This document shows positions 63,733-64,000 of a stretch of DNA of 64,000 bases, in pieces. Below the pieces are notes generated by a model. It was not told the DNA's origin, ran no database searches, and saw only the letters and a list, made by a program, of their open reading frames with translations. The DNA lies in assembly GCA_964370865.1 (NCBI GenBank), contig CAYJKF010000005.1:35281-99280 (forward strand). Direction: 5' to 3'. The translations under genes were made by a program, and so were the position numbers. Numbering within the stretch: position 1 is the stretch's first letter; every line of letters starts with the position of its first letter. The stretch comes from an uncultured Candidatus Saccharibacteria bacterium. Lineage in GTDB: Bacteria; Patescibacteriota; WWE3; 2-01-FULL-39-13.

Positions 63733-64000
63733 ATTCATCAACTAAATTACAAGAAGAAATCGCTTTGATTAAATTTATGTCTCAATTATTCTCTGCATAT
63801 GAAGAAATTGCAGTTATGAAAATGCAACGCATTAGGACTGGAGTATTTCATAATAGAAAATTCCTAGATGAACTATATTCAGTATTTAATGAAAGTAAAA
63901 TACTTTATTTTAAAAGGGTTTCTAGTATGAATGGCTCAACTCAGCAAGCAGTCGATGAAAATGCTCTTACGAAATTTTCGACACTCAAGAAAAATGGCAA
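63726..64000 (+). CDS. atpG: F1 ATPase gamma subunit, divergent (3'-truncated by window edge)
   Basis: MLNSSTKLQEEIALIKFMSQLFSAYEEIAVMKMQRIR matches the gamma N-terminal helix; overlaps the alpha stop. Confidence 0.75.
   Translation, partial: MLNSSTKLQEEIALIKFMSQLFSAYEEIAVMKMQRIRTGVFHNRKFLDELYSVFNESKILYFKRVSSMNGSTQQAVDENALTKFSTLKKNG

Overview
A low-GC core-chromosome segment of a small-genome bacterium using genetic code 11. The highly divergent 16S, sortase, PEGA and Wzy-TPR proteins and CPR-type hypotheticals point to Patescibacteria/CPR (inferred, not proven). It carries many housekeeping genes (ftsK, ligA, hisS, nth, trxB, mnmA, rsmG, galU-like, rpsA, clp, radA, rho, obg, leuS, comEC, ndk), four tRNAs and an alpha-glucan cluster (two glgA paralogues, GH57, tandem kinase). 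The rRNA operon is broken apart: 16S with its own promoter and terminator, 8.6 kb of protein genes with tRNA-Ile inside, then promoter-tRNA-Ala-23S-5S running into rpsA. Best candidates for new biology: (1) a divergent F-type ATPase locus led by an exported-domain protein ending in a subunit-c-like hairpin (IGRNP) with no ion-binding carboxylate and no subunit a upstream; (2) pervasive leaderless gene starts, with a -10 box 6-7 nt before ATG in at least 18 genes; (3) two unannotated structured RNAs (37.1 kb and 53.7 kb), one downstream of an orphan HTH-disordered linker-AbiEi-like regulator; (4) unusual rRNA/tRNA states (16S h17 loss, C1400U/U1498A, 23S G2576U, an H42 insertion, tRNA-Pro with A37). 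No CRISPR array, transposase or prophage was seen. All family calls and E. coli numbering come from motif recognition by eye.
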